The position numbers and the translations under genes were made by a program. Shown in pieces: positions 38,000-51,298 of a stretch of DNA of 64,000 bases. The notes below the pieces were generated by a model. That model did no database searches and was not told where the DNA came from. It saw only the letters and a list, made by a program, of their open reading frames with translations. Position 1 is the first letter of the stretch; each line of letters begins with the position of its first letter. The stretch covers positions 20,150,001 to 20,214,000 of the forward strand of contig NC_092671.1 of NCBI RefSeq assembly GCF_964355755.1. Direction: 5' to 3'. The DNA comes from Antedon mediterranea (lineage: Eukaryota; Animalia; Echinodermata).

Positions 38000-40330
38000 T
38001 GTCATCAGTATCACTTTCTTGTTCGGGTATTAGTACAGTGCAATGCCATTGCATTCACCACATATAGTTCTAGTTACCCCTGAATGCTTCAAGAAGATAC
38101 TCGGATGCTAGCTTTAAGTCTGTGTGTAGAGGAACCATGTTTCCATCATCTTATCTTCCATCCCCAATCCTCGGTACACATATCAACCCCACTCCATTGC
38201 TAAAAGATAACTTGAACATGATGTATTGTTAAGTCCTTGGTTGTGGTACGATTATGAAGTTGGCAATATGCGAGGTTATACTTGTAGAAAGGATGGAGTC
38301 AAAGGCATTCCACGTTGTCCAGGTCAGTTCAGACACACTAAAGCATTGTCCCTAGCAACCACAATGTCCATTGTATGTACTATCCCGTCCTACATCTACC
38401 GCCCTCTAGGGTTTACTATAATTATGGTTTGTCACAATACTACATCTCCACTTTCCACTTTAGTTAGAATTATTATACAGTATTTCATATTGTGAATAAT
38501 AGTTTTCCATACATACAGTATTTCTTTGTTTAACTAAATTAACTCAAAACTCTTGTTAACACTATAAAACTCAAAACATATTTTATAACACATAACAATA
38601 TCTGTTCATTTACTGATTACAGATCAAATCTATTGGGTGCTTTCACCACTCTTCTTGGTCTATTATTGACAGTTTTATAGGTGTTAATTGTTTCTTGTGA
38701 CCATGTTTAGAATTTACTATCTTTTTAAAGTGGGATTTATTTCTTGCCTTTCTCTTCTCCTCTTTTAGCTACAATCATATCACCCTTTATGTCTACTACT
38801 TTGAAGGGTTCAATTTGAAACAGAGGAATTAACTTTCCTTTCTTAATATTATTCATCAGAACATAGTCTCCTATTCTAACATTAGAGTTTTGGATATTTC
38901 TTCGCTTTTCAGCGTTTTCTTTTATTTTTGCTTTAGAAGCACTGTCTTTCTCCTTTAACTCTTTGTGGGTCTTAGCTTTAGACATACTTGTTTGCATTTG
39001 TGGTAGCTTAACCCTTAATGCTTCACCATTTGCAATAGTTGCAATATCGTAGGAATATGTAAAGCTCTTGCTTCCAACTTTTCCCTTCGGTATTTGTGCA
39101 TTTACATACTTTACCTAAGGTTTTCATGAACCTTTCCACTAAACCATTGCCTTCTGGCCAGTATGTTATTACTTTTTGGTGTTCAAAACCCATATAATCC
39201 GCAAAATTTCTAAACTCTTCATTGTTCCACGGGGAACCATTATCTGTTTTAAATGTAACAGGAATTCCTTGAGACGAAAATATTTTGTCAATAACTGGAA
39301 TTACAGTTTTAGCCGGTGCTCGCCCGATGGTAGTGGACCATAAAAATCTGCGGCTAGATGATTGTTTTTACCATTTGGTACAGTAGCTCAGACATTTTCA
39401 GTGGTTTTCTTGGTTTTTTGTCTGTTGTAGCAGTACATGCCACACACTTATCTATGAGTTCCGAAACTTCTCTTTTAGAAGTGCTATTGTTTTTACCTTG
39501 CCTTGATGGCCTTCATGCGCCAAACACAAGGCTCTATTTGTTAGCTTTTCCGGCATAATAACTTGAGTGTTTCTGAAAATTAGTCCATTATTTGTAATAG
39601 TGAGCTCGTTTGAAACTCTACTAAATATCATTAAATCATTGATGTTTACATTTTTTGAATTTTCAAACTTTGTTTTGATTAATTTCCACTGGCCTGTCGC
39701 AATTAGTGACTTTAAAGCACTTAAAGTTGGATCATCATTTGTAGCTTCTGCAATTTCTACTAGATTCATAGCTTTTGGAATGCTCGCTTGTTCCATTAAA
39801 TTAACGTACTGTTCGGCAACTTTTTCTTCCCGAGAGCTACTTCCCGAGTCTACCGGATGTCTTGACAAATAGTCAGACGGATTATCTATTCCCGGCCTGT
39901 ACATGACCTTTGGGTCGTACAGCAACAATCTCAACCGCCATCGCTCTAATCTCAACGGTAACTTTGCGTTCGGATTCCCTAGAAGCTTTACTAGTGGCTT
40001 ATGATAACAGTTATGGGTACTCCAAAAATATAAATATGAAAGTGTTCGCATGCCCATATTACCGCCAACGTTTCACATTGAATTTGGCTTTTATAACGTT
40101 GTTCAGTGGGTGTTAGTGATTGAGCTCTGAGGATTTTTGTTGCATCATATTGCACCAATATTCCTCCTAACCCAACAGGAGATGCATCTACTATTAACTC
40201 GGTATGTAAATTTATATCATAGTAGGCCATTGTTGGTGCTTCTCGAAGAGCTGTTTTAATATTTTGGAATGCATCGATCTGTTCACTTCCCCACTGGAAG
40301 TCTACGTCTTTACGCGTTAACGACAAAGAG
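38000..40330 (-). mobile_element. Gypsy LTR retrotransposon 3' half (RH, INT, 3' LTR)
   Basis: LIVDASPVGLG, HKPL..L, RLERWRLRL, AHEGHQG, KTDNGSPW. A PPT lies next to the LTR start TGTAGT at 38444. Left LTR boundary approximate. Confidence 0.85.
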
Positions 40331-40974
40331 GTTCAGTCTTTGAGGAGCCGGAAATGGTACTCTCGCACGCAAAATCCATGATAAATGGCACCTTTCTAGT
40401 TCACCGGAAATGACACTTTATTAGCGCGCTAGCTGGCAAACAGCAAAGTGAGCATAGACTAAAGCCTAAGCACGCGGCGACTAACAATAGATACATCTTT
40501 TTTTGTTGCGTTCAATGCAGACATCGGGGGAAGTCCCAGATGAACGTACTTCCGATACGGTCATAAATGATAATAATTCATTATTATCAATTGATGATGC
40601 ATGTAATCTATCATTCGACATTGTTTTCATGTTGATTACTGAATTTATTTGATTTAAATGAGCAGTTTTTCCGTTTCTAATTCTAAATTTACATGCGCCC
40701 TCTGTAGGATGTGAAACGATCTATTTTTAGAAGTTTAAGTAGAGATCATCACGCGTCACCACCTCTCACGATGCTCTTTGATTGGCCGCCGTAACTTAAC
40801 ATCGCGCGCATTGTGATAAATTTCTGTTTTTATTTTTGGGGTTAGTGTAGCCTACTCTGTGCATACTAATATACACACAAATATGTCACACGAATAAAAT
40901 ATTGAACCTCTAAAAAAAGGGCACCCTTAAAATTTAGGGGGGAGGACCCCCTCCCCCCTGGATCTGCCCCAGAA

Positions 40975-41440
40975 ACTGTAGACTTCCTTGAACGAATGTG
41001 TAGAGGTAACCGATTCCACAGACGAGGAGCTGAAACAGAAAAATACCTATCACCCCATGAACATGCAGATCTGGGCTCAACAAGGTGAAACTTGTCACCG
41101 GATCGAAGTCTTCGAGAAGGTATGTACCAAATGAGCAGCTCGCGAAAGTACTCTGGACCATCACCATTTAGTGTTTTGAATGTAATCAGGAGTATCTTGA
41201 AAATACTATACTATAACGGATAGGGAGCCAATGCAACTCCTGTAAAACTGGAGTGATGTGTTCAAATTTGCTTGTCCCTAATCCTAGCAGCTGTATTCTG
41301 CAACAGTTAGAGGCGCTGGATACTTGCCTTAGTAATACCATGAAGGAGGGAATTTCCAAAATCCAAACATGAGGTCACAAAAGCATACCACAGTCTGTCG
41401 CATCTCGGGAAAGGTATTTTTGTATCCTCCTAATAGTGCG
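40975..41440 (-). mobile_element. L2 LINE 3' fragment
   Basis: AFVTSCLDFGNSLL...KFEHITPVLQELHWLPIRY, a hallmark of L2 ORF2. Confidence 0.85.
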
Positions 41441-42600
41441 TGTTATATTTGTGGGTTATGATGAAGACAACGGTTTGTATTATGCAGAATCAGTCACACG
41501 GACACTCGTGGTTATGCGCCATGATGAATGTGTTTTGTAACTAGACTTTATGTTACAGCCGTTATTTTGATATATCACATCACTTCCTTCTACAAGTATG
41601 ACAGACAGTGTTTATTATTTTACGAGTTATGTCAGATTCTACCTTGTTTAAAACGAAACCAAAACTTCAAAACATTATAAAACTCATACAACTTCATTGT
41701 AATGTAACACTAACGATAACAATCATATGCCTTTCGTATTCTTGTATAAATAAAGTCTAAAACTACAGTACCTGTACATACTATTGTGATGTTTTATAAC
41801 TACGGTGAAGTACATGATACAGTGCATATGTCTTAAAACTAAAATAAAACTTAAAATCATTTTCATTCATTGTTAAACACTTCGAACAATAACCAACACT
41901 TTTAATTTGAACCTTTAATAAAATTATTCTTCGATCAACCTGCTTCTTGGTCACTTAATTCTGTGTGGTTTAGTATAAGGACTTTTAAATACATTCACAT
42001 CACTCCTCTCAACATTTTGAGTAGATTGTGTACTACCTGTATCAACAATCATATGATCAGGGTGCATCACTTTGACACCGTGTGAAGTGTGGATTTTATA
42101 CTTTCTAGGTCCTAAACATTGGGTTACGACTCCCTTCAACCACTTCTTTGGATTTGAGTCGCATGTTCTTAATTAAAACATCATCATCAATATGAAATTG
42201 TCTTTCTTGATTAACATGACTATCTCTTTGCACTTTCTGTGACTTTTGTTTTTCTTCGACCCTTTGAGCCATGTTTGGACTCACTAAGGATAGTCGTGTA
42301 TGTATAACTTGGGTTTCCTTAATAACCCAGCAGGAGTAAGTCCTGTAGTGGAGTGTGTGGAGTCTATACCTTAATAGGAAATTTAGCTAATCTATGTTTC
42401 ATAGTGTACTTCTTTCTATCTAGTACCTGTTTAGTTAATGCACTTTTGAAAACCTGCACTGCCCTTTCAGCTGCACCCTTGCTAGCTGGGTGATAAATGG
42501 GACTTACATAATCATATTGACTTAACAGAAGAGCCCATCTTTGGATACGTCCTGCAGCCATTACTGAGACTTCATTTGTTCGACCAAAGATTTTCAGAAG

Positions 42601-45554
42601 TAGTCCAGATCCCTATGTCAAAAAAAGTGCCTTCGTGTGCAGATCATGGGGAAAGTGTAAACATTGTGTTTTATGAATATTTGAATCATGCTGGTTATAA
42701 AAACCCATGTTGTCAAATTTCTAAAATTCATCTTTGACCTCTGACCTCAATTTGATTGTTTTGACCCATTGAAAACAAAATGATCATATCTTTGCAACAC
42801 TTACATTAAATGAAATAATTTTAGTGTCAAATTATTTGGGAGATGCATATTAATATTCGTTCTAATGAAAAAGTTTGTCCAAAAATGGCTGGAAGTATGA
42901 TTTTTGGCATATTTGACCTTTGACCTACATATCATATAACTCCGTAACTAATAGTTGGAAAAACTTTAAATAGGGCTCAAATTTATCTGAAGGTATATGT
43001 TTCTATTCAGTCTAATAAGAACTTTTTCAAGAAAATGACCCGAAATATTTTTATTGACCTTTGACCTGTACTGCTAGTACACATTTCTATAATCTCAAAA
43101 CTATTGGCCGTAAAATGGTTGTTTTTGTGAAATGGTTTGAAAAATTTACATTTATATGTTGTATAATAACAACATTTTATAGAAATGTAAAAGAATTTTA
43201 TTTATGATCACTAACTTTGTAATTTATTAAAGACCCCTTCCCTGCAATTTTGGACGTTTTTTGGAAAATAATACATATATATCACTTTAAAAACATTAAA
43301 CCATGTCATTCCTTGTCTTAAATGTACGTTTTATGGTAAATTATGATAAAAAGTGAGAAACAATGCACTACCTAAGTAGCTCGCGGCGATCGACCTCTCG
43401 TGGACGGTCTTAGGCCTAGCCTAGCTAGGCTTAGTTTTGTAGGCCTAGCTGGTAAACATCGATAACGTACGAACATCGTACGCTAGCTACTGTATATACC
43501 TAGCCTGACGTTGTATAGTTGCTGCATTAATTGTCTTTCTATTTTTGCCAGACTCCGTTGATACAAATTGGGGAAAACCCGGTATTTTCGCTGAAAAGTT
43601 AGGAGTCTTCCATTTGTTTTGGCTTCACGATCGATCGAAAAGTGGGCGAATTACAGGTGAAAAACAAAAATATCAATCCGCGCGCAATGCATTTTGGGAT
43701 TTATAGCGGGCCGCTATAATTATTAGAATCGATTTATTTTTCACATTTTTAACCGTTTAAAGACGAAAAAAGTTATCGCAATAGGACCATATAGTATTAT
43801 TTTTACATTAAATATAGTTTGTGATCTTAAATTAGATCTAAAAAACGTAGGGAATGGGGCTTTAACATCACTAGCATTTGTTATAATATTAAAATGTGTC
43901 ATATTTGCTGATTTTAAGCACTTCACATGAATTTATCAGAAAATATGTGTATTTAATATAAAGTTTATTTTTTTTTATATAAAGAAAATTTAATTATCTA
44001 TCAAATAAGACTATTTTCAAATTATTATGGCTAAAACTTAATTAGATACAGGCAAAAAAGTGTATTTTTACTTATGTGAACAGCGCCCTCAATCTTCATT
44101 TTTTCCCAAAAAATACCACATTTTTATGCGGTTTCATAAACTTAGCTGGTTGTAACTTTTTAAAAGATTTGTATGTCAGTGACGTGTAACTTACATACAC
44201 CTTCTACCATATACTAAGTAAGTTTCTGAGATAAAATGAAAACAATATTTTTATAGCTTGATATTTTTTCTGAGGTTATTACATGGTGCATGCTAAAAAA
44301 GATTTTGATTTTGTGCTAAAAATCAATCTTTTTGGTCCAGTACAAACAATCTTGTACAGCCAATCTTACACAAACAGCATATTTTATTGGAAAGATAATC
44401 ATAATATCCATCCAATAAAATATGAATTTTGTGTATTAATATCTGCTAGATAGATTTTATTAAACCAAAAAGATGGACTTTTAGCTCAAAATTAAAATAT
44501 TTTTTTTTGTGTGTATCATGTAATAACCTCAACAAAAATATCAAGCTATCGGAATATTTTCTCAATTTTTTCATAAACTGACCTAGTACGTTATAAAAGA
44601 GGTATGTAAATTACAGGTTACTGTAAAAAGTCTTTAAAACAAAGTTATAACCTGTTAAGTTCAGGAAAACACATAAAAATGTGGTATTTTTTGGGAAAAA
44701 ATGAAGATTGAGGGCACTGTTCACACAAGTAAAAATACACTTTTTTGCCTGTATCTAATTAAGTTTTAGCCATAATAATTTGAAAATAGTCTTATTTGAT
44801 AGACAATTAAATTTTCTTTATATAAAAAAAAAAAAACTTTATATTAAATACACATAATTCTGATAAATTCATTTGAAGTGCTTAAAATCAGCAAATATAA
44901 CACATTTTAATATTATAACAAATGCTAGTGATGTTAATAAATTATAAAGTTAGTGATCATAAATAGAATTCTTTTACATTTCTATAAAATGTTGTTATTA
45001 TACAACATATAAATGTAAATTGTTCGAACCATTTCACAAAAACAACCATTTTACGGCCAATAGTTTTTGAGATTATAGAAATATGTACTACCAGTACAGG
45101 TCAAAGGTCAATACAAATATTTCAGGTCATTTTCTTGTAAAAGTTCTTATAGGACTGAATAGAAACATATACCTTCAGATAAATTTGAGCCCTATTTAAA
45201 GTTTGTCCAACTATTAGTTACGGAGTTATATGATATGTAGGTCAAAGGTCAAATATGCCAAAAATCATACTTCCAGCCATTTTTGGACAAACTTTTCCAT
45301 TAGAATGAATATTAATATGCATCTCCCAAATAATTTGACACTAAAATTATTTCATTTAATCTAAGCGTTGCAAAGATATGATCATTTTGTTTTCAATGGG
45401 TCAAAACATTCAAATTGAGGTCAGAGGTCAAAGATGAATTTTAGAAATTTGACAACATGGGTTTTTATAACAAGCATGATTCAAATATTCATAAAACACA
45501 ATGTTTACACTTTCCCCATGATCTGCACACGAAAATACATAGGGATCTGGACTA
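42601..45554. mobile_element. Academ-type non-autonomous element, near-complete palindrome
   Basis: TAG...CTA termini (TAGTCCAGATCCCTATG), 3-bp TSD AAG, arms of about 1.1 kb. Removing it restores the gypsy RNase H motif TDHKALLKIFG. Confidence 0.85.
43231..43861. mobile_element. Kolobok-like MITE nested in the left arm of the Academ element
   Basis: AG...CT termini (AGACCCCTTCCCT / AGGGAATGGGGCT) and TTAA TSD. The empty TTAA site is visible in the right arm near 44934-44937. Confidence 0.8.
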
Positions 45555-47089
45555 AAGTGCTTTATGGTCCGTCTTGATGGTAAACTTTCTACCCATAAGA
45601 TATTTGTAAAATTGTTTGATGTCGTAGATGATGGCAAGTGCCTCTTTTTCTATCATGCTGTAATTTATTTCATGTCAGTGGTTAATGTTCTTGAAGCATA
45701 GTGTATGGGTAACCTCGATCCATCATCCATCTGATGCATTATTACCGATCCGATTCCATACTGACTAGCATCGCATTCAAGAATTATTTTTTGCTTTGTA
45801 TCATAGTGTGTCCGACATGATATGATTCGCTGCTTAGGCTTTCTTTGCACTATTTAAAAGCCACTCGACATCGTCACAAAACAGCATGTTCAACGGTTGT
45901 ATGCGTGTAGACAGATTTGGCATGAATTTTGAATAAAATTGCATTATGCCAAGAAATGATCGAAGTGTAACAGTTTCTTGTCTCGCTGCATCTTTGATTG
46001 GTTAAACTTTGTCGTCAATCGGTGCGATTCCTTGTTTGTCAACTCTATGTCCAAGATATATTACTTCATCTTCTAGGAATTTGCATTTCGCTTTCTTCAA
46101 ACGAACATGGTCAAATCGTCGAGACACTTCTTCGATTATTGCCAAGTTTTTCTTGACTGTCTTTGTACTAATCAGCACATCGTCCTGATTACATAACACA
46201 TTATTAATATCATTCAAAATCTTATCCATTTTACCCTGGAATATTTTTGAGGCTGGTTTTACACCGTATGGTAGTTTGTTGTATGAGTAAAGACCTTTAT
46301 GGGTGTTAATTGTAACATAATTTTGACTCTCATCATCTAGATTTAGTTGAGCATATGCATGGAATAAATCTAATTTAGTAAAAATCATTTTCCCGCTAAC
46401 TCTGCATATAAATAATCTGAGCTTAGAAGGCTATATAATGGCACTATAATCGCCACAGATTCTAACTGTGCCATCACTTTTTGGAACAACTACGATTGGT
46501 GTTGCCCAATCACTCTTATCTACTTTGTGTATCACACTATTTTCTTCCAACTTTTTAAGCTCATCTTCAACTTTACATTTGTTGGCATAGGGGACAAATC
46601 TTGCTTTAACATACACAGGGGTAACATTTTCTTTAACATTAATGTGAGCAAGCTCATGTTTCATGCCCTCATACAAATCTTCAAATAATTTACCATATTT
46701 GTTCAGTAAACCATTCAACGTTGTAACATCATTTTTACCCGTATTTACAGATGTGTTATGTTGTTCTACATTCTCGTTTTGCTATTTACAGTTTTAGAGT
46801 TTAACCCTTTCGAATTTAACTTTACAACAGCAAGCCAATCTAGTCCTAGTAGTGTAGGTTTATTACTGTAATCAACCACATTAGCAGTTAAGTTGTGTAC
46901 ATTACCATCACAATCAATAACATTACACTTTACTTATAAACTTTCTCCACTATAAGTTTTGAGCGGTATGATATCATCATATAGTGATTGCAATATTACT
47001 AAAATTCTTATTGTAAATATTGATACTCATTATTGTGTCATCAGCTTTTGTATCTATGTACATTTGTAACTCACTACCATTTACATTTA

Positions 47090-47572
47090 ATACATATATA
47101 TTACTTTAAAAACATCAAACCAGATCATTCCTTGTCTTAAATGTACTTTTATGGTAAATTATGATAAAAAGTAGATGGTCTTTAGGCCTAGCCTAGCTAG
47201 ACTTAGTTTTTAGGCCTAGCTGGTAAACATTGGTAACATACAAACATTGTACACTAGCTAAAACCTAGTTGCTGCATTAATTGTCTTTCTATTTTTGCCA
47301 GACCTGGTATTTTCGCTGAAAAGTTATGAGTCTTCCATTTGTATTGGCCTCACGATCGATCGAAAAGTGAGTGAATTACAGAAGAAAAACAAAAATATCA
47401 ATCCGCGGGCAATGCATTTTGGGATTTATAGCGGGCCGCGACTTATTTTTCACATTTTTAACCTTTTATTAAGACAAAAATTTTATCTCAATAGGACCAT
47501 ATAATATTTATTTTTAGGTTATTAAATGTAGTTTATGACCTTAAATTAGATCTAAAAACGTAGGGAATGGGA
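47090..47572. mobile_element. Second, truncated copy of the Kolobok-like MITE
   Basis: Collinear similarity to 43270-43858, including TTAGATCTAAAAACGTAGGGAATGGG. Confidence 0.8.
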
Positions 47573-47574
47573 CG

Positions 47575-47950
47575 TTTTTGATGAACGTTGGTTGTAACTG
47601 AATCCTTTCATAGCCATTTTTTAATGGATACTGGATAACCCTGCTGGCAAATCCTTGTTTTGTCTAATCAGTATTCAGATGGTAGAGAAATTTAACGGTG
47701 AAACAAATTTTCTATGATTGCCGAACAAACCTCCCAAACAATATTACAAAGTGTTGAAATTCCAATACCGAACATATTTACAATTGTTGGTACTCGGAAG
47801 GTGTTAAAACCACCATATTGCGACTGCAAGTCTTTTCCTATATTCAGTTGGTTCACGCAAATTTGTTTATTGTTTCTCCAGTAATGGCCGCAATTCTTCT
47901 TCAATCATCATCTGTATAATTTGGTATAGTTAAATTACAAAATATACTTC
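47575..47950 (-). mobile_element. Harbinger (HARBI1-like) transposase fragment
   Basis: TIVNMFGIGISTLCNIVWEVCSAIIENL matches the HTH region of Harbinger DDE transposases. Confidence 0.65.
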
Positions 47951-48663
47951 CATGTGCACGTTCGTTCATTCAAAGGTGCCGGTCACAAGAACAGCCATGT
48001 ACATTCAAATATATAAAATATTTGACTATTGAGAATTCTTGACTATTGCCACAGTACGTCTGTATGACAAAGTCTACTGGTATAATCGTATAGGCTAACT
48101 TCCTTGTTAACCTTAGGGGTACATTTAATTACTGAATTCTGATTGGTAGTAAAGTAAATGTACTGGAAGATATAGGCCTATGCCTGCAACCATTATCTAG
48201 AAAATAGTCATTTTGGCATGCTTGAACACATTGATAAAGAAAATAGGAAAAACTTAACAATATACAATAAATAACACAAGTACAGTGGCGGATCCAGAGT
48301 GCACCATCCTCTCGCCACCAGAATTCTTCATCAACAACAAAATCATTCTCCAAGCACAGGAGCATAACACAAAAAATTATGTGCAACATCAAAACAGTTC
48401 AAGACATGTACCAGTAGATTGAAATCCCTTCACCATGCCTTCAACAAACACCTTCATCTTTTAATTATTGTGCAGTGGCACAACATCTATAAATGTACAG
48501 GTAGCCCCCTTTCATTTTGCCAGATGCAACACATCTATCTCTAGTTCCGAAAAGCTCTGGACCCGTGCCTGATACATGAGCACAGTGATAAAGAATATAG
48601 GATAAACTTAACAATATACAACAAGGTATGGTATATTGAGCACAGTGAGAATAGGAAACTTAA

Positions 48664-49094
48664 AGATGTATTGTCCCTTGAAACACAAAAAATAAAGGTC
48701 AAAATATTCTAAATTTAAATGGGCCATATCAAAGTAATATTAAAGTTATTCAAGTCGAAAACAACAAGTTTACGTAATTAACAGGTAAAATAATTTGATT
48801 ACATTTCGTCTGGAAAAAAGTCATGAGCGAAAGTAAACAAAGATTTCAAACCATGAGTATGCATTATACATGATGCTATAATTAGGATTTTTTACAACTC
48901 GTCATGGTTAAGAAGGTGTTTTCACACAGATTGCGAGGAAGTTTTATGATTATGCATACAGAGTAGCCAAAAAAAGCGTGTTGCATTATGAGATATGTTA
49001 TGATCGAAAACTTTGACTGGAAGTCAAAGTTATTTTTTTAACCAAAAAAACGTCTGTATTTCAGATAAACTATTTTGATACTTCAAAATGACCC

Positions 49095-49132
<38 letters not shown>

Positions 49133-49157
49133 AATTAGTCAAAGGGACAATACATCT
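48664..49157. mobile_element. Kolobok-like MITE inserted in a 106-bp tandem repeat
   Basis: TIR AGATGTATTGTCCCTT / AAGGGACAATACATCT, TTAA TSD, internal poly-T at 49096-49130. Confidence 0.75.
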
Positions 49158-49159
49158 TT

Positions 49160-49515
49160 AACAATATACAACAAATAACATTAATGTACGATGCAGTTTA
49201 ACACTGTTCTCAACTATAGTCATTTTGGTATACTTGAGCACAGTGATAAAGAATAGGATAAACTTAAAATATACAACAAATAACATTAATGTACGATGCA
49301 GTTTAACACTGTTCTCAACTATAGTCATTTTGGTATACTTAAATACAGTCATAAAGAATAGGATAAACTTAAAATATACAACAAAGAACATAAACGTACG
49401 ATGCAGTTTAACACTGTTCTCGACAATACAACAAATAACATTAATGTACGATGCTGTTTAACTGTTCTCAACCACAGTCATTTTGGTATACTTGAATACA
49501 GTGATAAAGAATAGG
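49160..49515. repeat. About 106-bp tandem repeat (related partial copies at 48205-48280 and 48575-48660)
   Basis: About 3.3 visible copies. Confidence 0.85.
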
Positions 49516-50009
49516 CTAATGGATTTAAAGACAAATATTATCTTTCTGTGACCAGCATAACATTAAGATACAAGAAAACCCAGGTCAAAGGTCAATATAG
49601 TAATTTTATGCCAAATTTTGATGAATGAATGAATATAAATATACCTGTTTTGAACAATTTAGGACCAAATATATGTCTCTATGACCAGTAGTTATCGATA
49701 TAGAAGAAGGTCAGGGTCAAAGGTAAATAAAAATATTTCTATTCACTTTTGGATAAAAAAGTTAAATATTAATATAATAATTGCCCTGAGCAATTTGCAT
49801 TTGTTTTATGTCTCTCAGATTATTAGTTACTGAGATAGAGCCATTATGAAGATAAGTTATTTTAATATTTGGAAACCCCCATAGGGTTACAGATTGGGCA
49901 AGCGTTTTTTCTGGGTTACTTTGACCCACTAAAAATAACTAGCCATGTTTCATCACAAATTGCACATAAGTAACCCTTTCAACCCAACTAATAATTGATG
50001 CAGCACCAC

Positions 50010-50258
50010 ATGACTTCCTAGCTGACTGAAACTTTTTGTCTAAAAGAATGTTGGCAGACTTTATATCCTGGTGGATTATCTGAGGACTATCCTTGTGTAA
50101 GTATGACACTCCTGCTACAACACCAGTTGCAACTGCCACTTTCCTGTCCAGTGTCCCAGTCTCTATAAAGTGTTGATCCTCCGTATTGTAGATTGTTTCC
50201 TTCATGTTTTGCCCATAGATGAATTCAGTAATGATAGACACGATAGAGGATGCTCCAG
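50010..50258 (-). pseudogene. TKL-group protein kinase fragment (subdomains V-VIb, non-RD)
   Basis: IITEFIYG.NM...VATGVVAGVSYLHKDSPQIIHQDIKSANILLD. No DFG downstream; cut upstream by a hAT-like terminus near 50258. Confidence 0.75.
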
Positions 50259-51298
50259 GCAACGGTGCAGATCCGTTTTTAATAGTGGGAGGGGTGAAGG
50301 GGAACGTATAAAAATGAAATACTTTGTGAGCGAAGCGAGCAACATTAGGCTGGGGGAAAGGGGGAATTTTGTCCTATTAGGTTAAAGGCAGAAAGTATAG
50401 GGCTTGCATATTTCATGCCTGAGCTCATGATATTACACAAGACATGTCATTTTTGATAGACCTAGCTTAGTTGGGCTTAGTTTTGTAGGCCTAGCTGGTA
50501 AAGAGCGGTAGCGTACGACCATCACTTTATAGTGACATTTCCGATCCGGTATGTCTCAATTACACGTCCGAGTGGCCAGTTGCATCTAGGGTCGTCTTTT
50601 TCATGAAGAAATATGACATCATCATCTGAAATGCCTGGTTTGAACCATTTCTGTCTAGATTGAAGATTTTGGAAGTATTCTTTTTTTCAGCGAGCCCCGA
50701 ACTGGTCTGCCAGGTACTGGACCTGACGCCATCTCTTCCTTCCATAGATATCTTCCTTTACAAAGTTTCCTGGGGTGGATGTATAGTGGCATGGAGGGGC
50801 TGAGGGACGTGAATTAACAATTGCGCATGCCTCAGCCATTAATGTCGGTGTCGGTTGGTTGTCGCCCAGTTGATTAAACATTGTTTCTAAGATGCAATTC
50901 CTCCGAAGTGTGATGCATGTGGTGGGTTAAAGATCCACCTCTCAACAAGTGTCTGATCCATCTGTTTAAGTGAAGCGTCAAGCTCGTTCTTTGCCCCAAT
51001 GAAGTTGGTGCCTTGGTCGCTTCTGAGTCTGGAAACTGGTCCTCATAATACAATAAAACGACGTATATAATAATGAAGGCTGATGTATCTATTGATTCAA
51101 TTATTTCAACATGAACGGCTCTGCTGCAGAGGCATTTGAAGATTGCAGCCTATCTCTTGGAGTCTCTTTTCTCTCTCTTGTTTTAAGAGGCCATGGATCG
51201 AATACGTCAGTGAATGGCAGAGTTGCCTCTAGTCTGTCTTTGGGTAAGTCTGCCATTTGTTTTCTGCACACAACACACTTGTTCACGATACTTCTTAC

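Larger units (their letters stand above)
41441..47090 (-). mobile_element. Gypsy (Mag-like) LTR retrotransposon relic, interrupted by an Academ element
   Basis: 3' LTR 41441-41579 (TG...CA) with PPT; RT (WATPIVVVPKSDGTVRICGDY, LPYGV, QDD), RH (CDASQYGIG), INT (YHPASKGAAERAVQ). Confidence 0.85.
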
